Of a DNA stretch of 64,000 nucleotides, positions 1 through 11,954 are shown piece after piece (position 1 is the first letter of the stretch; the number at the start of each line of letters is the position of its first letter). This DNA comes from Nageia nagi (lineage: Eukaryota; Plantae; Pinophyta). The position numbers and the translations under genes were made by a program. Below the pieces are notes generated by a model. The model was not told the origin of the DNA, made no database searches, and saw only the letters and a list, made by a program, of their open reading frames with translations. The DNA lies in assembly GCA_050084985.1 (NCBI GenBank), contig JBITNC010000001.1, positions 121,272,001 through 121,336,000 of the forward strand, given 5' to 3'.

Positions 1-234
1 AATTTATCCAAGTATATAAGATGCTTTCATGTTTAATAATGCAAATTGATAATGCTTTTCCCTCTGTAATATATGACTATTTATTACATTTTGTAAATAT
101 TATGTATGAAATGCTATCTTAAGTTATGGCTATGTATTGTGATTGTGTGACCCCAAGGGTAAGATAGTTTACTATATTTAATTTTGTTTATAGATTGCTA
201 TTGAGCTATAATGCTTGAGCTATGTAGTGTTAGT

Positions 235-2283
235 CGAAAGATACTCCAAGCTGAGAACCCCATCCTGAATATGCTATCGAATGAAGTGCATGTGAACCTC
301 AATATGCTTGGTTCGCTGATGCTCAACAAGATTGCGAGAAATATGAATTGCACTTTGGTTATCATAGAAGAGAACAGTAGGGTGATCCTGAGAAAAACCA
401 AACTCAGCCAATAACTGACGAAGCCAAAGAGCCTCCTGACTAGCTGTAACTGCTGCCCTGTACTCTGCCTCTGTAGATGATAATGCAATAGCCTGCTGCT
501 TCTTGCATGACCAAGATATAGAGAGAGATCCAAGACAGAAAACATAACCAGAAGTGGAACGTCTATCATCAACTAAACCAGCCCAATCTGAATCAGTATA
601 GCCCAATAACTCAATAGAACCACGGCCATAGGATAAACCAAAGTGAGGTGTACCTCTCAAGTATCGAAGAATGCGCTTGGCAGCTTGCCAATGACTATCA
701 TGAGGAGCCTAAGAGAATCGAGAGAGTAAACCAACTGCATAGGAAATGTCAGGATGAGTATGGGTAAGATACAAAAGACTTCCTACCAATTGGTGATACA
801 AGGTAGCATCACAAAGAGGAGAGGTGCAAGAAGAAGTCAATATAACCCCAGATTGAAATGGCATAGGAGAGGACTTGCAATCAGTCATCTGAAAATGCTG
901 AAGAAGATCCAAGGTATACTTGTGCTGACATAAAGAAATTTCTATAGCAGTCTGATTGATCTGAAAACCAAGGAAGTAATGTGCCAATCCCAAATCGGTC
1001 ATCTCAAATTGCACTAAAAGAGAATGCTGAACAGTCTGAATATGAGAAGAGGAACTCCCAATGAGAAGCAAATCATCAACATAAAGAACAAGTATGGTAA
1101 TGTCCTTCCCATCTCTCCAAATGTAAACGGTATTATCAGAGTAACACCTGACAAAACCAGTAGAAAGAAGAAAGGAATCCATCTTTTCATACCAAGCTTG
1201 AGGAGCTTGTTTGAGACCATAGAGAGACTTTCGTAGTTTGCAAACAAGAGAAGCATCCTCAACAAAACCCAAAGGTTGCTCCATATAAATCTCCTCATGC
1301 AAATCTCCATGTAAGAAAGCACTCTTAACATCCATCTGAAAAATAGACCATCCCTGAGAGGTAGCAAGTGCAAGTACAAGTCGAACAGAATTCATCTTAG
1401 CAACAGGGGCAAAGGTTTCAGTGTAATCAACACCTTCAACCTGTGAAAAACCCTTAGCTACCATACGAGCTTTGTACTTATCAATAGACCCATCAACAAC
1501 ATACTTGGTTCGGTAAACCCACTTACAATGAACCATCTTTCTTCCCTCAGGAAGAGGCAAGTCTGATTCTTCATCAAAGAAGAATACTCAACATTCATAG
1601 CATCATCCCACTCCTGTATTCCATGTGCCTATGAAAAGGTTTGGGGATCACCCAAAATTGACTGACAAACAAGGCCAGTCCTAATGGAAGGAGGGCGTTT
1701 AGAAGATGGAAGATCCTGGATAAAAGGAAGAGCCTCCTCAACAGTAGTTCATGCCCACTTAGGCAAAGGGGCACTAGTAGAATCAACGAGGGATGTAGAA
1801 GCCTCAACTATGGTAGCAGGTGCTATGATTGGTGAAGGAGGAGCAGTGCGAGAATCATCCTCAATCATATCAACCATAGGAGAAATATCAAGAGAAGGAG
1901 AAGGGGGAGAAGAAGAGAAAGTGTCAGAACAATGAAGGCGCTCATCAAACTGTACATGAGTATGAAAGAAGACATCATGTGTAGTAGGATCAATGAGTCG
2001 ATAAGCCTTCATGTCTTCACAATAGCCAACAAAAATGAGTGGTGTACTCTTCTTATCCAAAGCCTTTCTTTTCTTCTTCGGAATATGAGCCCAAGCATAA
2101 CTTCCAAAAACTCGAAAAGATGAGACATTAGGCTTAATTCTAGACCAAGCCTCCTCTGGAGTAATATGATCAAGAGCTCTATGGGGTGTACGATTTTGAA
2201 TATAATTAGCACAATTAACTGCCTCAGCCCAAAAAATAGGTGGTAATTCTCTAGAATGCATCATGCAGTTAGCCATCTCCTTC
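235..2283 (-). pseudogene. pol: Ty1/copia pol fragment (integrase C-terminal half, reverse transcriptase, RNase H)
   Basis: Integrase LKEMANCM..FWAEAVNCANYIQNRTP and FVGYCEDMKAYRL; RT KARMVAKGFSQ, QMDVKSAFLHG, SLYGLKQAP, LYVDDLL; RH YTDSDWAG, SSTEAEY, HQRTKHIEV. A few stops, a small deletion near 1560, and truncation at both ends. Confidence 0.97.
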
Positions 2284-2492
2284 AAAGGAAATAGGAAAAA
2301 CTTATCTTGATACAATGAGACATGCCTATAAATAGGCATTTTACAAGAACGAATACCATGGTTTGAGCAAATGGTATTATGCACATGGTTTTACAAAACA
2401 ACAGTAAACATTCAATGATCGTAAACATTAAATGATAACTAACTTAGGGACTCTAAAGTTAGATACCCTAGCAAGCTTAACTAACTCTAACA
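2284..2492 (-). repeat. 3' LTR of the non-autonomous copia element (outer terminus altered)
   Basis: Near-identical to 4513-4743 and preceded on the minus strand by PPT AAAAGGGGG (2501-2493). The outer end reads TC instead of TG on + and runs straight into integrase codons. Confidence 0.92.
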
Positions 2493-4498
2493 CCCCCTTT
2501 TAAGCGAGGCTAGGACGTAGTAGACATAAGCAAACTAGTACAATATGGGTCCCGACAACAAGGCCTGATGAGGTACCCATTAACAAAATGAATCAAGCAC
2601 AAAGAAGTTGTAGAGTGACCAAAGATAATGAACATGTGCAACTGAAGAACAAAGAACCTCCAACAAAAGCTGGATCAAAGAGTCACTACTCAATCAACAC
2701 AAACAAAGAGAGTCCCTCAACCTGAAATTAGGGCACAAACTTTTCTTTGAAGAGCTTGTTGATGATGCAAAAGGCACACCAAATGGTACCTAGAACCCAT
2801 TAACACTGTACCAAAAATGGTACAAGGATCCATGAAGGAAGTCGATGTCGAACTCAGGAACACTGTCGAAGAAGATGGATCACCAAAACTCATTGTGCCA
2901 AGATTCAACACGATGAAGATAATACAACACAATGAAGATAATACAAAGAGAAGTCCTCCCAACTGAAACATGAAGTAATCCCCATGAAAGATGCTGATGA
3001 CCACACAACTTAGTAGAGAACAAGTCCACTAACTACAACTGTCAAAAAGTCGATGGGAGCATGAGGAATGATAATGCAGTACTAAAAATCAACCAAAGTG
3101 ATGTTGAACAAAAGTTCAAGACTACAATAAGGTTTGATCCTCATGATGTGTCTCCGAGGAACCTATCAAAACAAAGTTGTAAATAAAGCCCCCCTTAAAA
3201 TTTGCCTTTATAAATTAGGCTTACAACCAATTCATCAAAAACTATTCAAAGTCTGCTCCATAATGCAAAAAATGGCATTCAAAATGAAGTCCGTTTGCAA
3301 AAGTTATGGAATTAATTCGTTTTGGAGCAAAAATTAAATTTTTAATGCCCAAAACATTAGAAAAATTTAATTAAATTAAAATAATAAATTTAATCAAATT
3401 TTAATTGTAGAACTTCAAAATGTGATTATCAGTTGATAGGGTTGGCAAAAATGGGTCATGCAGCTACTCAAAACGATTGGAATGGAATGAGGAACATCAT
3501 GAAAGTGTCCATTCCAAAAAATGAGCCCCGATGAAAGCACAATCTCAGAAAATGTGACTGTTACACAAGCTACCATTTTTGAGCAACTGCTGATAAAAAA
3601 TCTCCAAGCAAATCATAAAATGGGCCACCATGCAAGTCCATCGAAGGAAGGGCGATGACGACCACCATCAGGCTACATAGGAAACGCAAAGATGAATGAG
3701 CGAATGAACGTGGCATTCCGAGTGGCTGTGCAGGAGAAAAAAGTGACAAAACTGAGCAATGAAGACCAGGCAAAGTCAACACCATCGTGGATGCGGGGAA
3801 AAATCGTGAGGCATCCATAACCATCATGGGAGGAGCAGAGGTAGTCAGAAATGTGTGCAAGCAGCTTAAGAGGGCCGATAATGAAGCAACAGACAGGAGG
3901 GCCATGAGCAGGGTTGCGCAAAGAGCTGAGTGAAAGATGCACATCAGATCTAGACATTTTCAATAGTTAGTGGTGGTCGGCAAAGCACGAGGCCTATGCA
4001 ACGAAGTGGCGACGTGAAGCAGCAGTGGCGGAGGCAGGGAGATGAGCATCATGCAAAGATCTCATGGCCAAAGGCACCAACTGCCATGAGCATGAGAAAA
4101 ATTCTTAGATGCAAGGAGTGGGGATCCTAAACCCACAAGCCGAAAAACACACGTTGCATGCAGATCCATCAAGATAAGAGCGCGAGAGAGAACCCAGCTA
4201 CGAAGATCCAACGCTAGCCACGAAAAACTCGGTACCCGATAATAAACTTCAAGCAGCAAAACATGCTCGCAAATAGCTTAACATGGTAGATCTTCAAAAA
4301 CAATGGAAGAGGACTACGCACATGGTGAATGACACCACAAACTAGGCATTTTCAAGAGAGATGCCCATAAACAGGTACTACCTACCACACATCAAAAAGC
4401 AGCAAAAAAAATGGAGATGAGGGGGGGATTGGCGTAAAGAGGCCAATCCCCCCTCACAGATTTGCTGATCAAATTGAGGGAGATTCAGAGGTCAACCC

Positions 4499-4510
4499 GC
4501 TCTGATACCA
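4499..4510 (-). promoter_or_regulatory. Primer-binding site, initiator tRNA-Met
   Basis: TGGTATCAGAGC on the minus strand, directly abutting the LTR end. Confidence 0.95.
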
Positions 4511-4743
4511 TGAAAGGAAATAGGAAAAACTTATTTATGATACAATGAGACATGCCTATAAATAGGCATTTACAAGAATGAATACCATGGTTTGAGCACA
4601 TGGTATTGTGCACATGGTTTTACAAGATAACGGTAAACATTAAATGATCGTAAACATTCAATGATCGTAAATATTAAATGATAACTAACTTAGGGACTCT
4701 AAAGTTAGATACCCTAACCTAGCAAGCTTAACTAACTCTAACA
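4511..4743 (-). repeat. 5' LTR of the non-autonomous copia element (233 bp)
   Basis: TG...CA termini, adjacent PBS, direct repeat of 2284-2492. It has one more copy of a 17-bp unit (ATT[A/C]AATGATCGTAAAC) than the other LTR. Confidence 0.95.
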
Positions 4744-4899
4744 AGTGTTAGTTCACTTGATAGTTTTATCTATTTATCTCTTTCTTGTTACTCTTAGCCT
4801 TTTCATCTCTTTCTTGTTACTTTTAACCTTCATAATATAAAAGAATCGACCTATAACCTGAAGATTGAGCAAAAAATAAACATGAGCACATCTCCCACC

Positions 4900-7800
4900 A
4901 CCTTTTATTCTTTCAAGGATCCTACTATTATGGGTAATGGAGAATATGACCAAACTAAACCCTTGAAGTTATATTACACTGATCAACAGTTATGCTAGAG
5001 AGTAGATAAATTATGTACAAACCAGAACCTCTACTTTAGCAACATCATAACAAACTCAATATACTCAATCAAGTCAACCATCCACTTCAATTGTACCTGA
5101 CCTTAAGAGCTAAGAATTCAATATTTCAGCCACCTAATCCAACAAATCAACTTTTGGGTCATCCAGATCAATTTTCACAAGGTCTAGGTAATCCTACTTC
5201 TATTACAAGAAACCCTACTTTAACCAAAAATGATGTTCCTTAGAACTAGAGGCTTATTCCAATGAGGTATTCATTTATAATTAAACAAAAAAAGGATAAG
5301 GCCACTCAATAGTTTATATCTCATCAATCTGTTGAACCAAGTAAGTTAGCCCCCTATGTTCTATTAAATATAGTGGAAGTATTGAAAAGAACACCCTCTA
5401 TAATAACTCCGTTTGATGCATTGAGGATACCTGGTCAAATAGATATTTTGTAAGAACTTTTGAAGTTAAAAAATAGCAAAAAAAGGACTAGTGAAGATAA
5501 TGTTGTATTTGCAAATTCTAATGATATCCATCTAGCTCCAATAGATATAAGAAAGCCTTTAGCTTTTTATGTATCTCTTAGATTAGAAGGTTGGGTTATT
5601 AACAATTGCATGATTGATACTAAAGCTTTTAGTACTATTATTCCCAAAGTTGTTGTAGATGAAATGAAATTGTATATAACCTGATGCATTGATGAAGTCA
5701 TATAGCTAGATTTTTTAGTTTTTGATATGATTGGTAGTGTTAAAGGACTTAATATAACTCTAAATGCATTACCTGATATTTATGTCATTCAAGATATCAT
5801 TGTAGTTGATCTTCCACCTCTATTTGGAATTTACTTGTACAAAAAATTCACTACTAAGTTAGGAGGTTATTTAGATCTAAATTACACACATATCCTAATT
5901 TCTTTCAATAATAAGTATGTCAAGGTTCCAAATGAGGGTACAAAAAATGTTCATCTAATGAAGATCACTAAATAGAACTATATGAAATAAACTAAGCAAG
6001 TAGAGACCTTTGAGAGAGATCCAACCATGGAGTTAGTATTGAACACTGAGACACTTTCAGAAAATGACCTTAACTACCAGATCACTAATTTTGGCATGAG
6101 AAACTATTATTTACATGAGAATGCTCAACTAATTTTAATCTCAGCTAAAAAGGAACATGAAGTATGGATAATGTACTTTGATGGGGCTAGATAAAAAGAT
6201 GGTTGTGGTGTTGGTGTTGTTTTTAAGTCACTTGATAGACATATGAAAAGTTTTTCTTTTAGATTCACATGGACTTATTTTTAAGTCACCTGATTAGTAC
6301 AAAATTACATTTACAACCAAATTGAGTACATTTGCATTTCAGATAATATCTTTTGGTCTCTCCAATACCGAAATCATATTTCAAAGAGCCATGAACCATG
6401 GCTTTGGTGAGTTAATTAACAAGATTTTCCTAATATATTTAGATGATATCACTATATTTTTTAAAATAAAAATGATCATATAGACCACCTTAAGCAAATT
6501 TTTAAAAAATACAAGTAATTTGGGATTTCCATTAATTCCAAGAAATCTATATTTATGGTTAAATAAAAAAATTGCTTGGTCTTATTATTTCTAGAAAAGG
6601 GCTAGCAATTGATCCTGATAAGGTCAAAGTTATTAAGACATTGCCTTTATCCTCAAATAAAAAGGCTCTACAATCATTCCTTGATCAGATTAATTTTGTT
6701 AAAAAATTTATTAATAATGTTTCTAAGATTGTTTCTCTAATTATTGTAATGTTGAAGAAAAATGCTCAATTTTCTTTATCTGCTAAAGCAAAAGAAGTAT
6801 TTCACAACATCAAGCAAGCAATAACTAAAGCTTCAGTCTTGAAAATCCAAATTTTTTAAAAGACTTCATTATGTATGCTCATAGAGTTGAGAAAAGCATT
6901 GTTAATATTTTGGCATAGAATAATGACCAAGAAGAAGAACATTCTATATTATTTCATAGTTAAACACTAGATGCACATCAAGAAAGGTACTCATTCATTG
7001 AAAAGCAAGTGTTTTCTATTATGAAAGGGCTAAAAAAGTTTAAGCATTATGTGTCCTAGAATAAAATTCTTATTTACATCATCCACTTGGATGTAAGAAA
7101 TTATATTATCTAAGGAGAATTAGGTGAAAGGTAAGCTGGTTGGATTACAAAGATAATATACTATGACATTGAGATAAAACCAACCAAGCTTGTTAGAGAA
7201 AAGCTCTCTATGAAAACATGGCAGAAGTGACACACATGATTGCTATCATTGAGGATTATGAAAAAAGAAATGAGAAAAGTGATTGGATCAAATAATACAT
7301 TTTTTATTTCATAATTGGATGATGCCTTGAGTCTTTGGATAAAATTTAGACAAGAAGATTCAAAATACAAACATTGAAATTTATGATGATTAATGACCAT
7401 CTATATAGGAAGAATTTTGACCAAAATCTATTAAGATATGTGACACAAGATAAAGTTCATAGAATCATATATGAGTTTTACCATGGATTCTTTGAAGAAC
7501 ATTACAGTGGTCCAACTACAATAGCAAAAGTTTTACAAGTAGGTTATTATTGGCCTACTATATTCCAAGACTCTTTCAAGATAGCTTGAGAATATGAAAA
7601 ATGTAGTAAGTATGTGAGAAAAAGAGGACAAGATGCCATGCATTTTAAACCTATGGTCATTGAAGAACTTTCCAACATGGGGTTTAGAATTTATTAGTGT
7701 TATAAATCCAAATTATTCAGAGGGTCAAAAGCTTATTTTAACTGCAACAAATTATTTTACAAGATGGCTTGAAGCTATACCAAGAAAAAGTGCATATCAA

Positions 7801-8530
7801 AAGATAATAATAAAAATGATACGAAGATTAATTACTCATTTTGGTATCCCATAAACTATTATGTCATATAATGGTTCAACATTCACAAAGGTTAAATATC
7901 AAAGTTTACTGCATAGTACAAGATCTACTAGCTATTCTCTTTAAATTATTACCAACAAAGGAATGAGTTAATTGAGTCAATAAACAAAAATTTAAACCAG
8001 ATCATAAAAATAACTATTGAAGGGAATCCTAGATAGTGGTATACAAAGTTAGAATTTGCATTATGGATTGATATAATTAGTATCAAATTAGCTATCAAAA
8101 CATCATTCTATGCATTGGTTTATGGTAAGAGATTAGTACTGCCTATTCATTTAGATTTACCTGCACTAAAAAGATTACAAGAGTTGGAAGATTATGATTT
8201 CAAACCTTTACATATCAGAATGAACTAGTTGATCAAGCTAGAGGAAGAATAGAGACAAAGTTTATGAAGCTTTCCAGTAAAAACATGAAATTGTAAAAAA
8301 GTTGTGCGAAAAGAAATAGTCTTCTTGGGTGAAGTTTGAAGTGGGAGATATAGTCTTGAAATAAAACAGAGAAAGAGAAAATCCTAGGAGGCATCATAAA
8401 TTTGACTCCCTATTGAGTGGGTCATACATCATCATTGAAGCTATGCAGAATAACATATTCAAAATGAAGGATATTTTTAGGTCTTGGGAACTACCCATAC
8501 CAGTTAAATAGATTCATATTAAATATTATT
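4900..8530 (+). pseudogene. pol: Decayed Ty3/gypsy Tat-type gag-pol (PR - extra RNase H - RT - RH - INT)
   Basis: Protease FYVSLRLEGWVINNCMIDT (~5560); WIMYFDGA..GCGVGVVF (~6165); RT FTTK..TFAF..FGLSN and IYLDDITIF (~6430); RH RYSFIEKQ; integrase H..H..GYYWPTIFQD and ILTATNYFTRWLEA; GPY/F-like KFDSLLSGSYII (~8400). Many stops and frameshifts. Confidence 0.93.
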
Positions 8531-9049
8531 GGGTAATCAGGTGATTTCATAACACTTGATATCAAGTGTATGGTGTAAATAGTATTTTCCTTCAATTGTG
8601 TTTCAATTTAAAAAAATAATTAATTTTTTTATGTATATGTATATATTGCATGTGTATTTCCCTAGAAGTCAAGTTAGCCATTAATAGTTTGTATTTATTA
8701 GTTATGGTAGTAATAAAGTTAGGTGGATGATAAATGTATTGTCAAAGGATTGAAATTTAAAGCATGATTTTCTTTAAAAAGATTTTTGCCTAAATGATCA
8801 CCTTCCAATTTAAATTGTTGCAACTGAATTTAATGTTATTTTATTGCCTGATCTGATAAAACCTTTTCGAACAAATTTTGATATTCGTTTAGCATTAATT
8901 TATATTAATAGTTAGAATTTGGAACCCCTTGAATAATAAACCTTAGTCCTAATTTAGTCACTTTCTTACTTAGTGAATTCGAGAACTTAAGCTTTTATGC
9001 ATTTGCAGAGAAAAAATTTCTAGAGCTACCAATCATAGACTTTGAGGAG

Positions 9050-10223
9050 TTTAAGAGGCAACATAGTTTAGCATATTTAAGTGAATAATGTTCACAAGGG
9101 TTGTAAATAAATTAAGGAACATAATTGTAAAGCTACAAGAAAATGTGTTCATTTCTAAAGAGGGAGCAAATGCACAACTATCGCAAATTCATGATTAGTA
9201 TCTAAAGAATGCTACCAAAGTAAACTGGATGGAGAGGAGAGTTTTGAGTCACATGGATACCTAGCATGTAGATCCAACAAGGCTATTATTATAGTATTAG
9301 AGGAAAAATATAATAGGGAAGGGTAAAATAAGGTTAGTGGGGAATAATATCATGCTTGATTAGGGTTTGGCATATTTTGTACCATATGAATCTTTACCTT
9401 TCCAGAGCTACTTATAGTCATTGCATTGAGGCACAACCCATATGGTTACATAATAAAGGCATACAATGAGTAGAATAAGGGTGAGGAAGAATGTGAATAT
9501 CATCTTGATACCATTTTGGATTATTCCTCTGCTACCATTGTAAATGCTTTTGTAGTCCTAGATGATTGGAGCATGCATAAGCTCAAGAAACAAATTTATC
9601 TGAAGAAGGAAAAAAGAGATTTTTATAAAAATGAAGATGAGATGATTGATTGGATTGACATGAGGTACAACAAGGATGAAACAAAGCTCTAATAGAGCTA
9701 TGACATTTCATTATTCATTCATGCCAAGGATAGACAGGTAGTGCAAACGCTAATGGTGATTCTTGGGTGAGTGACCTAGATTGAGGTGGATGAGGCTATG
9801 ATGAGAATGGCCTGTAAAATTATTAAAGCTTTTATTTTCTAAAAATTCCCTACCTAAATTTTGAATGAAGTTAGAGAAACTTTGTCCAATATTGATAAGG
9901 GAGACTTTAGGTGCTCCTTTTATTTAAGGTGGTTGATAGTCCACCAAAATTTACAATCATTGGTAAATGAAGGTTTATCTATAGTATTGATGACCACTTC
10001 CATAACTTCTACACCAATTTATATAAGGGTGTCAATACTCACTAAAGTTCATGGTTCATATTATGAGTTCATAAAAAAATTCTTTACCTCATTCATGAGT
10101 ATTCTTATGGGGAGAAATATACATAGACTTCACCAGACTATCCAGGACAAACTACAAGGTGGGAACAAGGTCGGATACTGGTGCTACCTCAAGGAAAGAA
10201 TTGTAATTTTGAGGTATAGATAT
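9050..10223 (+). pseudogene. Decayed extra ORF downstream of integrase in the Tat-type element
   Basis: Coding-like remnants (FPELLIVIALRHNP; ORF 9861 FRCSFYLRWLIVHQ..GYWCYLKERIVILRY). The reading frame resumes after the nested insertion at 14972 (YFDNTFFFFKYVTP). Confidence 0.55.
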
Positions 10224-11806
10224 TGTATATTCATACATAATAAATTCTTTATTAAAGCCTCGGTGTACTTTACTTGCAATCATGGGTTCATTTTAAGATC
10301 CCCGGGAGTTTTTCTGGAGCAGATAAATAGCCAGAGCTAGTTAATTAAGTATTCCGGAAGTAGAGCATTCCAGAAATATGAAGATGATGTCAGGGGGCGA
10401 ACAACATTCACATTTTAGAAAGACCGGGTTTCGGAGATGATGAAGTCAGCAAGGGGTGATTAAAAGGCCCGGAGTCTGTGAATAAAGCGCACCGGAGTGA
10501 AACGATGACGTCACGGTGGAAATGATAAAAGCTCAGTTGTTGAAAAAATCGGGTTCCGGAGAAAGTGAGTAAAGCATTCTGGAATAAAAAGATGACATCA
10601 CAGGGAGAACAATGTCCACATTTTGGAATGAAACCGGGTCCCGGAGATGATGAGGTCAGCAAGAGATAATCAAAGAAGCTGGAGCCGGTAGCTTAAGTGT
10701 TCCGGAAGTAAAGCATTCTGGATAAAATGATGATGTCATGGTGGAAAGGATAAAGCTCAGTTTTGATAAAGAACAGGTTCCAGAGATGATGAGGTCAGCA
10801 AGAGATAATCAAAGAAGCCAAAGCCAGTTAAGTAGAGCATTCTGGAAATGTGAAGATGACATCACAGATTTCAGGTCTTAACCCAAAACTGGATCCCGGA
10901 AGAGATGAGGTCAGCAAAAAGTGATCAAATAACCGGAGCCAATGAGTAAAACATTCTGGAATGTAGAGGCAAAGCCAGCAAAAGGTCAGATCATAGTTGT
11001 CAAGAAGCGTATCATCTACAATCTTGCCCATTTTTGTAATATTCTACCAAGTGGCGTATGTAGGTAGTATCAGTTAAAAGAAGGCTAGAATCTTGAAGCC
11101 ATTTTTGTAACCGTTTCTGTTCTGCACTTCTTGTAACTGTAGTTACTACAGTATAAATATATGAAAATAAAGTGAGAAAGGGGTCGAAAGCCTAGTATTG
11201 CTCTTTACATTTGTTCTCGAAGACCTGTAGTTTTTTTATCAGTAATATGAAACCATCTTGACCTTTCTTGTCTAGCACTCGTAATTATCATTCTTAATTT
11301 GGTTACATCGTGGCAGCTTGGCTTGTTTCCTGAATGATAATTGTGGGTTGCTAGTATAACTATGTCTGCTACATGGTAGAGTAAAGTTGGGAAACTATTA
11401 GAGAGTGAGAGCTTGTACCGTAGCTGCTACACTAGATTCAGGCCAAGGTTTCACACACTGTGAAAGCCCGCGCTGAACTAGTGATCCACCTTTGCTTTCT
11501 CTCTTGTTACCCTAAGCTTTTTTGCTTGAATTCCTCGCACTCTACTCCTTTTATTTCTTTCCTGTTACCCTAACCCTTTTGCTTGAATTCCTCGCACTCT
11601 ACTCTTTTATTTCTTTCCTATTACCCTAACCCTTTTGCTTGAATTCCTCGCACTCTACTCTTTTATTTCCTTTCCTGTTACTTTTTCTACGCCCAATAGA
11701 TAAGGAATCGGCCTTCTCCGGAGATCAGACTATCACCATAGTCTGTTCTTGATTTACTTTGGTTAAGATTGTTCACGGCGCATATATTACACAATCATAA
11801 TCAACA
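10224..11806 (+). repeat. 5' LTR
   Basis: TGTATATTC...AATCAACA, direct repeat of 13389-14971, with TATAAATA at ~11152. Confidence 0.97.
11507..11680 (+). repeat. Three tandem ~56-bp units in the LTR 3' part (also at ~14672-14845)
   Basis: TTACCCTAACCCTTTTGCTTGAATTCCTCGCACTCTACTC... with GAATTC at 11528, 11585 and 11641. Confidence 0.9.
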
Positions 11807-11817
11807 GTATCTCTTTT

Positions 11818-11835
11818 TGGCACGCCTGGTGGGAC
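11818..11835 (+). promoter_or_regulatory. Primer-binding site, tRNA-Arg type
   Basis: TGGCACGCCTGGTGGGAC 11 nt after the LTR end, the PBS type known from Ogre/Tat elements. Confidence 0.8.
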
Positions 11836-11954
11836 ATGAAGAAACTTGTTGGCGACTCTGCTGAAGCACTATCTATGGTATGTATTAAAGAAAATTATTT
11901 GTAAATATCATATGTGCTTTTGAACCTGTCACTTTCTTTTGCAACCTAGAGTTT

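Larger units (their letters stand above)
231..4743 (-). mobile_element. Composite Ty1/copia insertion: non-autonomous LTR element fused to a pol (INT-RT-RH) fragment
   Basis: On the minus strand: LTR(4743-4511)-PBS-2 kb non-coding-PPT-LTR(2492-2284)-INT C-half-RT-RH. AGTGT(TAGT) occurs at both outer ends (226-234 and 4744-4752). Confidence 0.85.

Noticed and set aside
1749-2384. ORF-track 211-aa protein as a novel fusion gene
   Set aside because: The first ~33 codons are LTR sequence read in frame by chance into an integrase fragment.
3570-4259. Hydrophobic minus-strand ORFs as an env-like gene
   Set aside because: Short overlapping ORFs with no recognisable motifs, explained by the T/C-rich strand composition.
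11567-11632. ACCCTAACCCT as a telomeric repeat
   Set aside because: Under two units, and part of the 56-bp LTR repeat.
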